Positions 21,986 to 36,300 of a stretch of DNA of 64,000 bases are shown here, in pieces. This DNA is from Klebsormidium nitens. Taxonomy: Eukaryota; Plantae; Klebsormidiophyceae. Each line of letters begins with the position of its first letter. The first letter of the stretch is position 1. Below the pieces are notes generated by a model that searched no databases, was not told where the DNA came from, and saw nothing but the letters and a program-made list of their open reading frames with translations. The translations under genes and the position numbers were made by a program. Location of the stretch: assembly GCA_000708835.1 (NCBI GenBank), contig DF237107.1:1-64000 (forward strand). Reading direction: 5' to 3'.

Positions 21986-24900
21986 TCAGCCGGCAGTCGC
22001 GGCCGCCGCCAGGAGCCGCCTCTCCTTGGTGCCACCAGTTAGCTGCTTGGAGAGTCTGACAAGCTCGGCGGCCAGCGCGCCGCATTTCCCGGAGGCCAGG
22101 TCGGCCGCGTCCTTCGCGAGCGTGGAGTCCTCCTGCGCGCGCTCGACCTGCGCCTCGAGCCCGCGCGTGTTGGCGATGACCAGAGACGCGACCTGCGTCG
22201 AAGAATTACCAGGTTGAAGGAAAGAAACGAAGTACTAGGTCGGACAGGATCCGGTTTGATGGGACTCTGCTGTGTGAAAACCTCTTAGAGGCAAATGAGA
22301 GAAGGAGAGCTTTACCGTCTTGAAAGTGTGCGGAGAGACGGGAGGGGGACGTGAGTAGTCAAACTGTGCAACTCAATCGAAAAACAAGGCCGTTGAACGC
22401 TTCAAGACGGAAATGTGGCGGCAGGATGGCAGAGTGCATTACTTGGACCCTTTGCTTCAAGCCAGCCTGCTTGGCTGACCATCGAACCAGCTATGTACGT
22501 TACTTTGGAGAAGTTTCTTCAGCAATTCGTGAAAGGACCTACGGTATTGTCGTTGACCTAGTCGGAGTTCCGGCGATAGCAACGTCGCACGTGACTAAGC
22601 TGCAGCGACTGGCGGGCCCTCAGCCCCGTGGCTTTCATCGGTCCTCAGAAACCTACCATCTCCAACCTTCTCTCAATTGTGCCGTTCGTTTTAACAGGTT
22701 TCTCAGGCGTCTCTCTTGAAGAATGAAGAGAGAAACAAGCCAAGATGCAACGGCACTTGAGCCAAAGCGCTCGAGCAGCCACTCGGCGAGAGACCCACCT
22801 GCTCGAGCCGCCACTCCGCGGCCGCCACGCGCTTGCTCAGCTGCGCTTCCAGGTCCAAATTCCGGTGCAAACCCTGAACCCTCTTGTCCAAACCCTGCAC
22901 GCGCGCGCGCGTCTCCGCCTGCGCAGCCGCGCCCGCCGCCTCGTTGGACGCGAGCGCGTCGAGCCGCGCCTCCAAACCCCCCAACCTCCGCTCGACGCTC
23001 GCGAGCCGCGGCTTCGCGTCGGCGCTCGCGGGCGGCTGTTGCCCGCTCACAGCCTTGGGGTTCGAGGGTTTTGGGCTGAGGACGGGGTTAGGAGATCTGG
23101 GGCTGAGCGGCTTTGTGGGTTTGGCAGTGGGGCTGAGAGCGTTTGCGGGTTTGGGGTTAAGGAAGCCACGTAGGTCCGACGCGCCGGTCTCCAGAATCAG
23201 TATTTGTTCCACAAGTTCGAGTCGCTCTTCTAGGGACGAAGCTGAGTCAGCGCCCCTATGTGCGCGCGCGTTTGAACCTTTCCCGTCCGTTTCGTATGCT
23301 CTTTCGGACGGCACAGCGTGTCCGGAGGCCTTGTTCTCGCTTTCGAAATTTGCTTCCCGCAGCTCTCGCAGAGTGGTCTCGAACGCCCCAACCCGGTTCG
23401 CAAGGCCTGCCACGACTGGCGCGGACTGGGCCGTCCGCTTCTCGAGGAGCTCTAGCCGTTCCTTGAGTGCAAGCACGGCCTGTGGAACGTCTAGCGGATT
23501 GTTCGGGACGGCCGCGTCCAGAGGGGAACGGTCGTCTGTAACAAACGATCCGCGAACGAGTCAGCATAGAGCGGCATCTCGTAACTCTGCGTCTAAGGAA
23601 GAACAAGTCAGCATGGAGCGGCGTTTCGTAACTCTGCGTTTAAGGAAGACGAAAAGCTCCGCAGAAGGATTTTGCTCCCTATCCGCACCTTCCATTCGCG
23701 TTTGTGACTAGCGCCAGATGCACTTCACCCGTTTGATGGAGACAAGGGGTATTTTTTCACTCAAATCAAACGTAGCTTTGTTCACTTCCTTCTCGTTTTC
23801 AGACAGAGAGATCGAAACAGCCCGAAGGCAGTCCCCACGTACACAAGGGCTGATCGAAAAAGGTCTGATTTTTGATTCCATAGTTTTAATCTTATTCAAG
23901 TTTGACTCAGTTCTCTCTAGATGTTTTGAAAATCGCAGGGAAGAGCAATTGGTTCCGCTCGTCCCCACAAACTGACGAGGTGACTGTGTTTTATAACGAG
24001 GGGAGGAGGGTAAAGGAAAAGATGAAAGAGGAAAGCGAAGGGTTTACCCGTTAAAAGGGGTTCAAGAAGGAAGAACGTACCTTGGCCCCCTTTTGAAACC
24101 AGCCCCAGCATCAATCCAATCCGCTCCTCCACGCGCGCCAGCTGGTCCTCCGTCCGCTTCGAAGCGCACGCCACCGCTTCCGCTTTCTCCGCCGCGGGGC
24201 TCGGCAGCCGCTCCTCGAGATCGTCTAAGCGTTCCCCGTTCGCGCCCCTGACAAGCGCGAGCTTCTGCGCGAGCGCGCGTTCGCTCGCTCGCATATCCCG
24301 CTCTACTTTGCTGACTCTAGCGTCGCTGCCGGCGAGGCCCTGTTCCAGCTCTTGTCGCAGCCCTTCCACCTGCTTCGCGACGTCTCTCTGGCGGCTGACA
24401 AGGCCTCTCAGATTTTCCGTTTCGTTTCTGACGCTTGAAGCTTCTTCCTTGCACACTTTGACGCTCTCTTCCGACTCGTTCCGGACGTCCGCAACGCTCG
24501 CCTGCAGTGCGGACAATTCTCGCCGCAGGTTTTCCAGGTCCGCTTCGATTTTCTGTGTCCGCATTGCCAGAACGGGTTCGCTGCCGACCGCTTCTTCCGA
24601 GCCCTTTGCGGGCCCCGGGCTTTTGCTTTCGAGGGCCAAAACGCGGCTCCGCAACTCTTCCAAGGCAACGAGATTAGCACTCACGGAAATTGCAAGTTTT
24701 TCATTGTTGCGTTCACTGTGTCCAAACCCGTTCTTTGTTTCTCGAATCTCCTTCCGTACCCCATCAACCTGTTCTCGGACGCTTTGCATCGCTTCTTGCA
24801 ACTTCGCAACGTCATCTCCGGCCTCAACTTTAACCCCTTGTCTAACCCCCTCCAAATCTTTCCTAACACCGCCCAGACCAGCCTCAAGATCTCTCTTGCT

Positions 24901-27783
24901 CTCCATCCTAACCCGCGTTAGCTCCTCCCTAACCCGACCCAGCTCACTCCGCAATCTCTCCACTTCCTTGGACGCACTTTCGGTCCGACTCGCTCCTTCC
25001 GACGCTTCTCTTAACTGCTTTCTGGCTTGCTTAACCTCCTCCCAAACCCGGGTCATCTCGAACGACACCATGTTCCGCGTTCTGTCCAGGAGCTTCCCCG
25101 CGAGAGACTCCTGCCACGTGGCAGCAGCGGATTGGACGGCGGCGTCGACCTCGGCGCGAATGCGCGCCTGCAGTGCGGCCTCGTCCGCGAAGTGGGGGAT
25201 CCCCCGGGTCTGCAAAAGCAACGGAGCCTCAGCGCTGCCTCTGGTTGGGGCCTGCTTGTTATTTGTTTGTTAGTGCCTTTGTGGTGTATCTGCTATGCGC
25301 ACCTGCCAAAAGCTTCCTTTCCGTCGTTCCGTCAAGAGACCAATGGGATTGCTATATTTCTGCTAAAAGTAAAGAGGCAGACCTTTTTTATGATTCTGTC
25401 GATTCTAAACAGGAACCTTCATTGGATTGGCAGCCCGGAAAAAGAGACATTCCTCTACTTCCATTTCTTTGTGGTTACCGATGATTGCAGTCGTGTAAAA
25501 ACAAGAGCTTGATGAGAAGCGGAAGAAGCAGTCAACTTTCGTCTTTTCGACATACTGATTAGAGCACAGTGTGTCGTTACCACCAGTGACTGTAAGCAAG
25601 GAGGACGATTGGGCATGATCTCCGATACGATGCTCCCGTCATTTGTATGCAGACCTTTGTTTGGTTCAAAGCACAACTTACTGACTCACAAAAACCATTT
25701 TTCCGAGGCGTGAGTTCCGTCGAGCAGAGACTGTTGGCATTGTCACTGCCGGGCGCATAGAGAGAATCTAAAATTGCACGTTCTATGGTTTTTGTTTCAA
25801 TCAATCTCGCTTTTATGACGAAAGCATGCGGTAAGCGACCCAAACCTTACCTCAACCGGAACATCTCCCATCACGGCGGTTGCCCCCCTCTCTTGCTTTT
25901 CTGCGTCTACTTTTGGCGCAATTCTCTTGTCCGTCGCTCGACCTTCAGCCTCTCGGAAGTCAATCCCGGATTCAGCCCCCCTTTTCTGAGTCAGCTCTTC
26001 CCCTTGTGACCCCAATCGTTCCTGCCCCCCTTCTCTTCTTTCGACAAACACCCGCCTTTTTGCATTCTCTTCAACGCGCGTGCTTTCAATTTTCTTCACC
26101 ACTGCCTCTTCGTCCCCCCCCCCCGCTCTCAACCCCGCGTTTCACCCCCCTTCCGGCATCCTCTCTACTTCTCCCTTTTGCCGACTCCGTAGAAACAGCC
26201 CAATCCGCTGCCCCAATCTCACGCGCTTTGGTCAGCCAGTCTCCTTTGAGGATGTCCCCAGACGTCCGTCTTTTGCCTTTCCTTTGGACTCTCGTCCCCT
26301 GATCCTCTTCGTTCGCCACCCTCCCTTCCTCTTCCAATGCATGTTGCTTCCTCTCATGTACCATCTCTACGTCCGTAGACACTCTTTCGGCTCTCAACTG
26401 AAGGTCCGGACCAATTCCCCCTTCTTCGCTATGTACTTCTTTTTTCGTCGCTGCCGCCTGCGCATCCTCCTTGATCCTACCTGCCACCACATCGTCGGCG
26501 GACGATTCTTCCACCCGATCGACTACGATTTCGTGTGCAACATCCATTGGACTCAGGAGATCCGTGCCCACTTGACTTTCCGCTCTTCGAAGCATATCAG
26601 TTCTGGAACTGGCATCACTCTCGCTCAGCTGCTGAGTAGTGACGTCAGTCTCACTTTTTCGCCGGGACCTTATTTCGACAGCTGCCAGCCGTTTTAGCTC
26701 TGCGATGCTGGCAGATCGCCTCCTACCGGTTCCAAGGACTCGCTCACTCCTTATCTGCTCATTGTCTTCTTCCCGCGTGAAGTCCTTTCCTTTTTGTGTC
26801 CCCTTATCGCCCTGTCCTTCGTCCTCCATAGGTGCCCCTCCTGCATCGCAATCCCGTCGATTCTCTCCATCATTCCATTCGGCGCTCTTCTGAGCACCCC
26901 CGCTGTTGTTGCTCTCCTTGAAGCCAGGCATCTCTCCTTGCTCCCCCCCTTCTTCTTCTCCTGCGGGGTGCCCATTTACGGGAGCAAGTCCTGCGGAAGC
27001 TTGTACATCCATCCTGTCACCCGTCACACCAGAATCCAGATGCAAAAGCTGCATCTCGCCTGTGCGCACAGTACCCTCTGTGCTGGACACTTTCTGAGTG
27101 ACCACCTCAATGGTTTGGTCGGCAAGCAAAGCCCCATTCTGTCGGTGCCTCTCTAGCACATCCGCCCCGAGGTGACCTTCCTGTTCCCTGTTTTTCTGTT
27201 CCCTGTTAGAACCAACCTCTGCTAGTTGCTGGACGGCGTACGTCGTGCCTTTCCCCACTTGCTCAGCTTCGCCAGCCAGGCCCGCCTTACAACCAGCCCC
27301 ACCGGATTCCAGCTGCATCAACGGCTGATGCTCCTCCGTATCTAGTTTCTCGCCGTTCCCGTCCGCCGCCGACGACCGGCGCCAGCTCGGTCGCCTGCCC
27401 ATCGTCCACTCCGCTCGTGGGATGCTCTCGATCGACTCTTTATGAGCCACGCTGACGTCATCTGGTGCCCGACCATTCTGCTGTCGCCAAGACAACTTCC
27501 TAGTACCCGTGAACCCCCCCTTAGAAGCGCACTCCCCACTTGGCTGGAGCTCAGAAGAAGGGTGCGCACTACTGGGATCTCGAGTCGACAGTTCCTCTTC
27601 ACGAAACATGTCACTGTGACTGGTTCTAAGAGAGGGGGTGCTGCTGACGGAGCCCCTTCGCCGTTGGGCGGCTGCCAGCTGTCGTTTTCGACGGCTGAGA
27701 AGAGAGGCGTCGGGCAGCTCGTCGGAAGAGCTGGTGGGAGAGAGGGGCCCATTGCTGAGCTCGGGTTCTGAAAGCCTGCCCAT
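21986..27783 (-). CDS. Large unknown protein (~1380 aa): acidic low-complexity N-half and long coiled coil; frameshift in a C11 run
   Basis: Model complement join(27783..25851,25767..25690,25359..25303,25209..24081,23535..22799,22192..21986). All phases fit if one C is removed from the run at 26114-26124. Heptad-like E/K/R/L-rich segments in 24081-25209. The two small exons are less certain. Confidence 0.7.
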
Positions 27784-28511
27784 CTCAATGGTGGGAAGAG
27801 AACAGACGTTGCTGGCCCCAATCCAGGTGGTAAATTGTGCTCAATGCTACATAAAGCTACTCCTTCGCAGGGGGGTTCTTGCATTAACGCCTCTTGATTC
27901 AGCACGACAATCCCCAGCTGAGCCCAACCATGTGAAGTAGCTTTTAGAAACGTGAGTAGCTCAAGATTTTCAGATCTCAAGTCCGTAGTTTTGAAGAGGA
28001 AACCCTCAGCTTCAGGAATCAGAATCATTTTTTGCAGCCAGTAAGAGCTCGCCGGCCATTGATTTCTACATCATTGAGCTTCTGCCGCCGCGTCTCTGCT
28101 CTGACAGGCTTTCAGTGCAAGCCTTCTGAAGCTGTAGCTCACTTTCAGTGGAGGGAATCTGCGGTGTTATCAATATAATATCGAGTATAATTACCGTCGA
28201 TTGTTCGGATTGAGCCGATTGACGGTCTAGTTGCACTGACAAACTTGAAACCTGCCCAAAGCTCTGCATGAACATCGGCGCAAAAGAGCTTTTGTAAGCG
28301 CGCGGCCGCGCTCAGTGCACCGCGCCGTCCTGCTGTGCTTCAATTGAGCTTTCCTAAAGCGCTTTTTGCCACATGGAATGCGAAGGTAACTGAGAGTTGT
28401 CATCGTCATTGCGGGGAGTCATTGCTCTCCATCAGTGACTAATCTGTCTACGATTGCTGCGCACGCTGGTCCTCTGTTGGTTGGGAGGCGCCGTGAAAAG
28501 GGGCTGAATCA

Positions 28512-31500
28512 ATGTCTACGCAAAGGGCTTCTAGTTGCAATTTGCCCTTCCACAACCCTCAGCATTTGATTCCTGGGGCGCATAGCCGGCCTCATTTTTC
28601 AAAAGGCAGGACCTGTCGTTTGCGTGCGAAAGCTCTGATTAGCGCCGGGATACATTTGCCAACAAGGTTGCCTTCCGTCTCCGGCACAGTTGAAAGCAGC
28701 ATTAAAAAACAAACATGGGTACAATCCAGCTGGCCCACACTATTAACTGGGGCAATGAAATCATCTAGGAAGGCTGCAGATTGCAACCTTTTGGAGACCT
28801 TCCAACCTTGCTGTAGATGCAGCGCTAGCAGGAAAGTCAAATCACGCTTCACACCACAGCCCATCGCCCCACTACATCATCGCCAGAAGTTCCCTGCTGG
28901 GGGTTCACTGCAAAACTTAAGGTCAAGGTTTAGGTTAAGGTTGCGCGTTCGGCCTGATGAGAAAGAGCCGCCAGGCGGTGTTTCAGCCGATACCTCCAAG
29001 CATGGCAGTGACCGTAGCGCTCCCAATCCTACAACCCCCCCCCCCTCAACCAGCACCAGCACTGCCCCCCTGGAATCCGCAAGCTCCGCCAACCGGCCAA
29101 ACAAGGCTTCCGTCTCTGACCGGAACGCCTCTGGCTTTAACACCACTGCTTCTGATTCACCAAACAGCCCACAAGTGCCCAACCTGACAGCTGGTGTGAA
29201 CTGGTACTGCCTCTCGATGATCGGTCTCGTAACGCTTATTGATTTCAGTCCTCTGGGGCCCATCCTTCGGTCCACGTCGGGCTCCGCTGTGCCGTGGATT
29301 CTTGCGGCAGTGCAATGGGGCTTGTTCGTGGCGCCGACCGTCAACTCATGCCGAAGCGAGGGGTACGATCTGCGGAGGACATTTGGCATCCAGACGTGAG
29401 CCCCACCTTCCTTCTTTACCTTTCCCTTTTAGATTCTCTTCTCCTGAGGTTGGAACCTGGGTTTTCATAGGCTGGCCAAAGTGGGCGAAACCGTCTCGAA
29501 AATAGTACAACGATTGTTAAGTGTGATATACCCATCCTTTTAACAACAGGTTTTTAGATGTGGCTGCTGCCAATGTTGCGGACAATCTTTGCAATCTTCT
29601 TCGAGAAGCAGTTTAGTAGAAAACCAAAGTCCATATTCTAAAGCGCTACCTTTTGAATGTAAAAGGGGGGCGCCACGATTACATGGACCACTGTCATTGT
29701 TCAGCCCAAAGGCTTAGAAGCACCCCGTAAGCCGCTCTTCGTGACCCCTCTGCACTTCAACAGGATCTTCGATAGATTGCCACTTCTTATCTTATCTCGT
29801 TTCAACAACGTACCCAACCAAAGAGTAACTTTGGTATATTACGCCCCCCACAACTGTCCAATCACTTCCTGATGTCCAAAGTCTTCAATAAGCAACATTG
29901 AAGAGTTCCCTCCAGGTGTTCTCTCCTAGACGTCTTGGCAAGCGCTGCCGTCGGCGCCTCCCTGTGGGCCGTTCTTACTGCAGCCATCGCAGCCCGGGTT
30001 GCAGCGGACGGGGGAGTCCAGCTGCCGTCGTCCGAAAGCGTTGTTATAGCTGGTGCGTTTCATAGACCTACCAACGCAGATCATTGTTGCAGATGCGAAA
30101 TTGCCCGTAAGGCCAGGTCATTGGATGCAGGAGACAGTCGACTGAGCAGACTCGACACGCAACTATGTTGCCTTTGAGGATTCTGAGGGTAAATTACAAC
30201 CGAGCTGTCCACCCCGCATGCACCCTTTTCATGTTCTTTCTCAGTTTCAAACCCGGCCGTTTTATCCACCATAAGACTAACAGCTCCGTTCTTCAATCAG
30301 GTCCTCGCTTGATTGCTAAAGCAAGTAAGCTATTTCCATCCTGATGAGATCCTCGCCGCAAGATGAAGATAATAAAATGCAGAAGAAGACGGACGTTCTG
30401 GTGAGAATGTTGGCTCTCCGAACCCCCGCAGACCTCCTCTTTTCGCGGCCCACCTCCGTGGCAGAGTGGGCGTCACTTCTGACGTCAGCGGGCGTGTCGC
30501 CAGGAGTTGCAGAGGAGCTCCTATTCCGGGGCTTCCTGCTGACGTCGCTTCGACAGGGCCTCGGTAGGTAAGCGGAGCCGGGCTGACGTTAGGAGAGTGT
30601 CTGCTGATATCAGCAGCGCGTCATGGTGACGCCCGGTACGATCCGGGCTCCCTTCAGAAAGTATGCTTTTCCCTAGGCACTGGTCTTTGAGTTGAAGATG
30701 CAGCTTTCGGTTTTTGCAGGAGTTGGGGCTCTGACTTGAAATCTTTACCTTTTCGGCGCCAGTCTCACCGAGATTGGGCGTCGCAGATAATGACAACCGC
30801 CCAACGATCTCAAGCCACCAAACACTGTTGGGTTTCAAAAGACCAATGTCTCTCCTCGTTCGGCTGCTGTATGCCCTCCCGATCTTGAGCCGCCCCCTTC
30901 AAGATGCAATTGATGCGCGCATCTGTTTCTGCCCCGCACGTTTCACAGGCGGTATCGTCCATTTGCGAGCCGCTCCGTCGATTTCTTCTCGCTTGGTATC
31001 GTCTTGCAGGGTGGACGCTGTGGTCTTGTGCGCCGCTCTCTTCGGCCTCTTTCACCTCAGCGTCCCCCAATTCTTCCCCACAACAGGTAAGTGCTTCCAG
31101 TACTTTTCTGTCCTTTCCTTCTACTTCGTTTTCCACAACACCAATTCTTCTCGTCGTTCAAGGTTGTTAAAGGGGCCCAATGCGAAAGCTGCTTCTTCAG
31201 CTCCCCAGAATCGTACTATCCAGATCCGCGACCTGCTTATACTCTCGAACTTCTTCCCATTTCTGACTGAGCCTCTGACTGTCACCTTCTTCCCATCACT
31301 AACTGAGCCTCCGACCACCACAAAGATCGACCTTTTCGAACCTTTTGGCCTTTTCCTCTCTCCCACAGTTCTTGGCATAGCCGCGGGCGTCTCAGCAATC
31401 GCCAGCGGTAGCGTTGTCGGCCCAATCGCCGTCCACACGGCGCACAACGTTGCGGCGCTGCTATATGGCGGTAAGCCCTTCCGAAAAGCAAAGCACTCTT

Positions 31501-31967
31501 CTTCGTTTCAATAATACTGCGTTGACGAGGTGGTCTGGGAAAGCGAGAGGAAAACACAGCCTTTGTTGTAGGGAAACGGGATAGGTTCCAACCTGCAAAT
31601 CGATACGTTTCGATCTTTCTGGCCATGCTTTTGTCGGACAGTGGCCCAAGTCCTCCAGTCGGCCAATTCTGAATCCGGGTCAAGTCGTGACATTGTACGT
31701 GGAGGAAAAGTTTCTCCCAGCGAAGAACGTTGCAAAATGCCAAATTTCAACAGCAATCCTGGCCCGCTTATCGCACTTTCCGTAGCGCTTGTCAGGGTGA
31801 GATGTGAATACGGATCTTACCGGCTGCCGCGCGGGTGTTCTGCAGGTGTTGCCCCGGGGCACGTCAGCGGCCTGCCCCTGCCCGTCGCCGCGGGGGGCGC
31901 ATTCACACTAGCACTCAGCGGGGCGTACCTCTTTGTGCGAGCCAGAACCGCTACTCGCGCTGACTGA
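28512..31967 (+). CDS. CPBP (CAAX protease self-immunity/Abi family) intramembrane metalloprotease, likely plastid-targeted
   Basis: Exons 28512..29395, 29916..30052, an unresolved segment around 30301-30382, ~30383..30567, 31010..31086, 31369..31470, 31846..31967. Family motifs VAEELLFRGFLL, FGLFH and AVHTAHN. The N-terminus is Ser/Arg-rich and transit-peptide-like. Confidence 0.85.
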
Positions 31968-33389
31968 ATCGGCGGCGACCATTTTAAGATCTCAGCGTGT
32001 TGGTAAAAAGTGATCTTAGCGTGTTGGCAAGGCAGAGTACACAATGGGTGTAACCGTGTAACGCACGCAATTGGTGGCAGCCGTGATAGAAGACGGTTGT
32101 GACCATCACTGAGCGCCTGTTTGATACGAGTGTTTGACGCCGACAACCATGCGTTTGGACATGTTTGAATACCAGACTGCAAGTTGACGCCGCCGTTGAT
32201 GCAACCTTCACGTCCCAAATTTGACATGGAGGCCTTGCTACAATGTTGCCACGCAGCACAGTTACTAAGCATAACCATGTGGGGAGCTTAGTGCGACGTT
32301 TGGATCCATGTGCACGCATGCCGCCCAGATTTGCAGACGCAATTAAAGCACCGAATGGATCAGTGGTACTTTGAATTTCAATCTGTCAGCATGTGCGCAC
32401 ACTGAATGCGCGCCGACCGTATACCGGACGCGACAGTCAACAATCTCGACTCGACATCTCTACGGACAGCTACGGTATGCCAGCCCGTAGCCAATTAATC
32501 TCCTGATAATCACCTATAAGAAACTATCGAGGTGAATAACGTTCAAACTAAGCCGCCGATTAATGCCGCCGTACTGAAATAGTTGTCTCCGACCCCGCGT
32601 TCAATATAAGCGGCCTACAGCGGCACTGCAGCAACCGTCTCCAGCAACACCGTGGTTGCGTCAGTTGCCCATCATTGCATGGACCAGCATGACGCATGCT
32701 CCCAGTAGATATATGTTGCCACGGTGTATGTTAGGTCATCATTTCAGATTTCCGGCCGGAGGAATCCGATCTGGCGGTGTGTGGGCAGGCCTAAGAGGCC
32801 AGCTGGCCCGGGCCATGCGCGTATATGTGCTGTCCAGATATATGTCTTAACGCATGAAGACATGTATCGTACGTTGTACGTTAACGGGGACTGCATAACG
32901 CCCAACGTCTTAGCAGGACGCTCGGTGAGATCCTCTGCTGTCGTACAGGTTATTCCGGCCCACCAGATTCCGCCCACAATTGAACAATTGTGCAAGCGCA
33001 GCCGCGGGGCGGCTCTGGCAGCCATCAATATTCGGCTCAGAACATGCGACCTGTTATGCTGCCGGCGGTAGCTTGCGATTTGGAAAATTTGAAGGTTTGT
33101 AGGAGATTACTTTCAGACTGGATTACGTTGATCGACGACATAACACTTGAACGCCGTATGGCCAATATAGTTGACACCAGTAGCTGCTGATTTCTTTAGG
33201 GATTAGTGGCGGATCGTAGAGTTCGATCAAGACCATTCGTAAGTCCACTTGTTGCAGTCAATGTGACCGTCTTCCGTATATAAACAATGTGTAGGAACCG
33301 TGTTCTGAGTAACTAAAGTAGCAATGGCTACCTTGCTCTACCCTCAAGCAACGCTGACCGGACACCTTTGACATGACCACCTTGTTTTC

Positions 33390-36300
33390 CTAAAGCACAA
33401 CAGCACCGTCCCCAGACTCGCACAACACAAACGCCGCACTTTTGCCCAAGTCGGGTCTCACCATCGAGTATCCGTTGCGCACTTGCTTAGTGACTGCCTC
33501 CGCTCTTTGCGACTCTACCAAGGCAATGCAGCAGCCTCTAAACCCTGCGCCGCTGAACCTTGCTCCTAGCACGCCCGGCGTGCTGATCAGAATTTGGTAC
33601 ATTTGAATGAGTGGCGTCGAACCTGCACGCCACAAAATGGATGATCAGAAACCAATCTTCGTTTGATCTTCCGTGAAGAGACTGGGGGTTCTGATTTTCG
33701 CCAAAAGAAATCGAAATATTTACAAATGAATATGATGATCAGGGAACCAAAAAGCACAAAGAAGAGTCTGAATGCAGGCACTCTCACTTTCCAGACGGCT
33801 TTACCATAGCGAATAACCTGCGTACTGATAGATGCGGGTAATGTCTAACGGTCGGGAATCTGAAATGGCCGACCCCTCTGCGAAAAAGAACGCCCACGAC
33901 CTATTCCAAGTGCAGTGTGTCCGAAAGAATCTGGAAACCCACATTCCTGGTCAACAAAGTCCATCCCTGTTTTTGGACGGGGCTAAGATCGAACTAATCG
34001 AGGGTGGTAATGAGTGCAAGCAAACAAACCTCTCCGCGTTGGCCTGCCCGTTTGATGAAGTCCAAAAACCACGCCTGCTTCACTTGTCATAAAAGCTCCG
34101 TCAAACTCACCGCACTCGTGATTTATCAATGGAACTCCGCCCCGAGTCTGTCGTCAGCTCAATCCTACAAAAGCTCCGTCAGACTCACCGCACTCGTAGT
34201 TCTCAATAGAGCTCCGCCCCGACTCTGTCATCAGCTCAATCGTACAAAAGCTCCGTCAGACTCACCACACTCGTAGTTCTCGATGGAGCTCCGCCCCGAG
34301 TCCGTCATCAGCTGCCCAAACAGCTTCAGATCGCCCTTCTCCCAAGCCTCCACGCCCCGCCGTACGCGCGCAGTCTCCGTGAAGAAGTGCTTGGCCCGCC
34401 GCGCGATCGCGCCGTTCAGCTCCTCCCGGTGCATGTCATACTCCTCACTGCTGACGTTGCTCAGCGACGCCTTTTCGTCAGCGCGCCCGGCCGCCCTGCG
34501 CGACACACTGTAACGTCAGCTTCTTTGGTCGACGAATTTTAATGCGACAACTGGAGCTCGACTCGCCAGTCTGTCTCCCTGAGTTTTTGGTGACCTTGAT
34601 AAGCGACTACAATCTAATAAGCAACTGGTTTCTGGTGCAAAACCCGCAGCTGCATCGACCTCTTCAAGATTGACAGCTACGTTCGGCAAACAGTGTGGTC
34701 CATTTTGACAGACTTGCTAGTCGTTCATGTTCCTAAGGTCCAACAACGATGCTACTCCCGGAACCCTAAACATTACATAAATACACTTATTGGATTTCAC
34801 TGAACGGGGTCGTCGACACCGTGAACAGAAGGGCAATCTATCAGGCTATACCTGAAAAGTGGCAACTGACGGAAACTCCAACGACCACAGCTGCTGAAAG
34901 GCCCCCGACAAGAATCTTTCGAGAATGGGACACTTCATAGAGAGCATCAAGCAGACGATGCTTCGCAGAGACTCCGTGCCAGAACAGTACCCCGAACCTC
35001 ACCTGAGCAGCGTGGCCGCGGCTTCTTGGCACTCGTCGACCCGCTTGTTGTAGCCCGGGGTGTTGGTCAGCGCTTGCCGCAGGCCGGAAAAAGCGAGCAG
35101 TATCCTGTACCCCGGTTTTAGGCTGCTGTCAGAGCAGGGTTGCCGCAGGGAGGGGGGGTCCACCACTCGATGTTGCCGGGTCTGCAGGGGGGAGGGCGAA
35201 CAATAATATTTAGATACCCGGTTGCGCAGAACTCAAACTGGCCGAGCAAAGAGGGGAGTCTAAAACGAGATACGAGCAGCCAGGAGTGATTAAAAGCAAA
35301 AGCGACCACTTTGATCGGCCGAGCGGAGGGACGTCTCCAGATCATCGAACCGACCACACGTGGACCAAGGGGCGCGACCACTTGATGTTGATTGGAGACA
35401 AAGTGTCTGGATCTCATCCTGATGTCAACTCAAAGCAAGACAAGCAGAACACAATGAGAGCGTTCTACCCTAGTATATCTACTGCCTGATTGCGACATTC
35501 TAGCAGCCGGATTAAGAAATGGAGAGTGTCGTGAGGAGAGTTTGTTCTCATGAATCTCCAGGCAACGAGCCATTTGCGACCCTCCAGCGACCAGTCCCCT
35601 GAACATCTCGCTCCTGGAAATTCGCTCACAAAGAAACCACTCACTTTACAGTCGATGAGCGTGAGCCGGTCTTTTCTTGAAAGTAGAATCGCCGACTGGT
35701 CCAGCACTCCGTTCCGCAAACCCAGGTATTCATTCTCGATCACGCGGTCCAGCTCGATGTTGTCCTCCTCCGTTATACTATATAACCCGTTTGCGTATTC
35801 GAGGGCCAATAGGAACGCAACACCTGTTGCCGCAGACGAACTGACCCCACTGCAGTCGAACCCCTGCGAGCCGTCTATGATGCCAATGATTCCTTCTTTG
35901 AGCACGTGGCCTTTTTGTTGTAGAGCATATACTGCCCCCCGGGCGTAGTCACCCCACCGGCCCTCTTCAGATGAGGAAGGGTCGTTTTGTGGAGGCACGT
36001 CGTCAACACTGCAAACAAAATTCTCAAATCAGCTCCTCTTTTTCGCTTGTTGTTGGTGACGTTAATAGACGTTAATAAATCTATGAAAGATCGTTGCATG
36101 TTTGTGAGTGACGTCAACAGATCAGCAATCTGGAAGCAAGCCTGGCAATTACAACATGTCACAGGTAGTCGACCTACCTGAAATGTACAACACCTCCAAA
36201 TTGTCTGGAAGTCAATCTGACCTGCAGCAAGACACAGAAAGAATGTTAGAGACAGTGATGCAAGCATTCGAAGACAGAGCGCGCCGATCCTGGACAAGTG

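Noticed and set aside
22884-25273. Long plus-strand ORFs (275 and 321 aa)
   Set aside because: Antisense shadows of coiled-coil exons.
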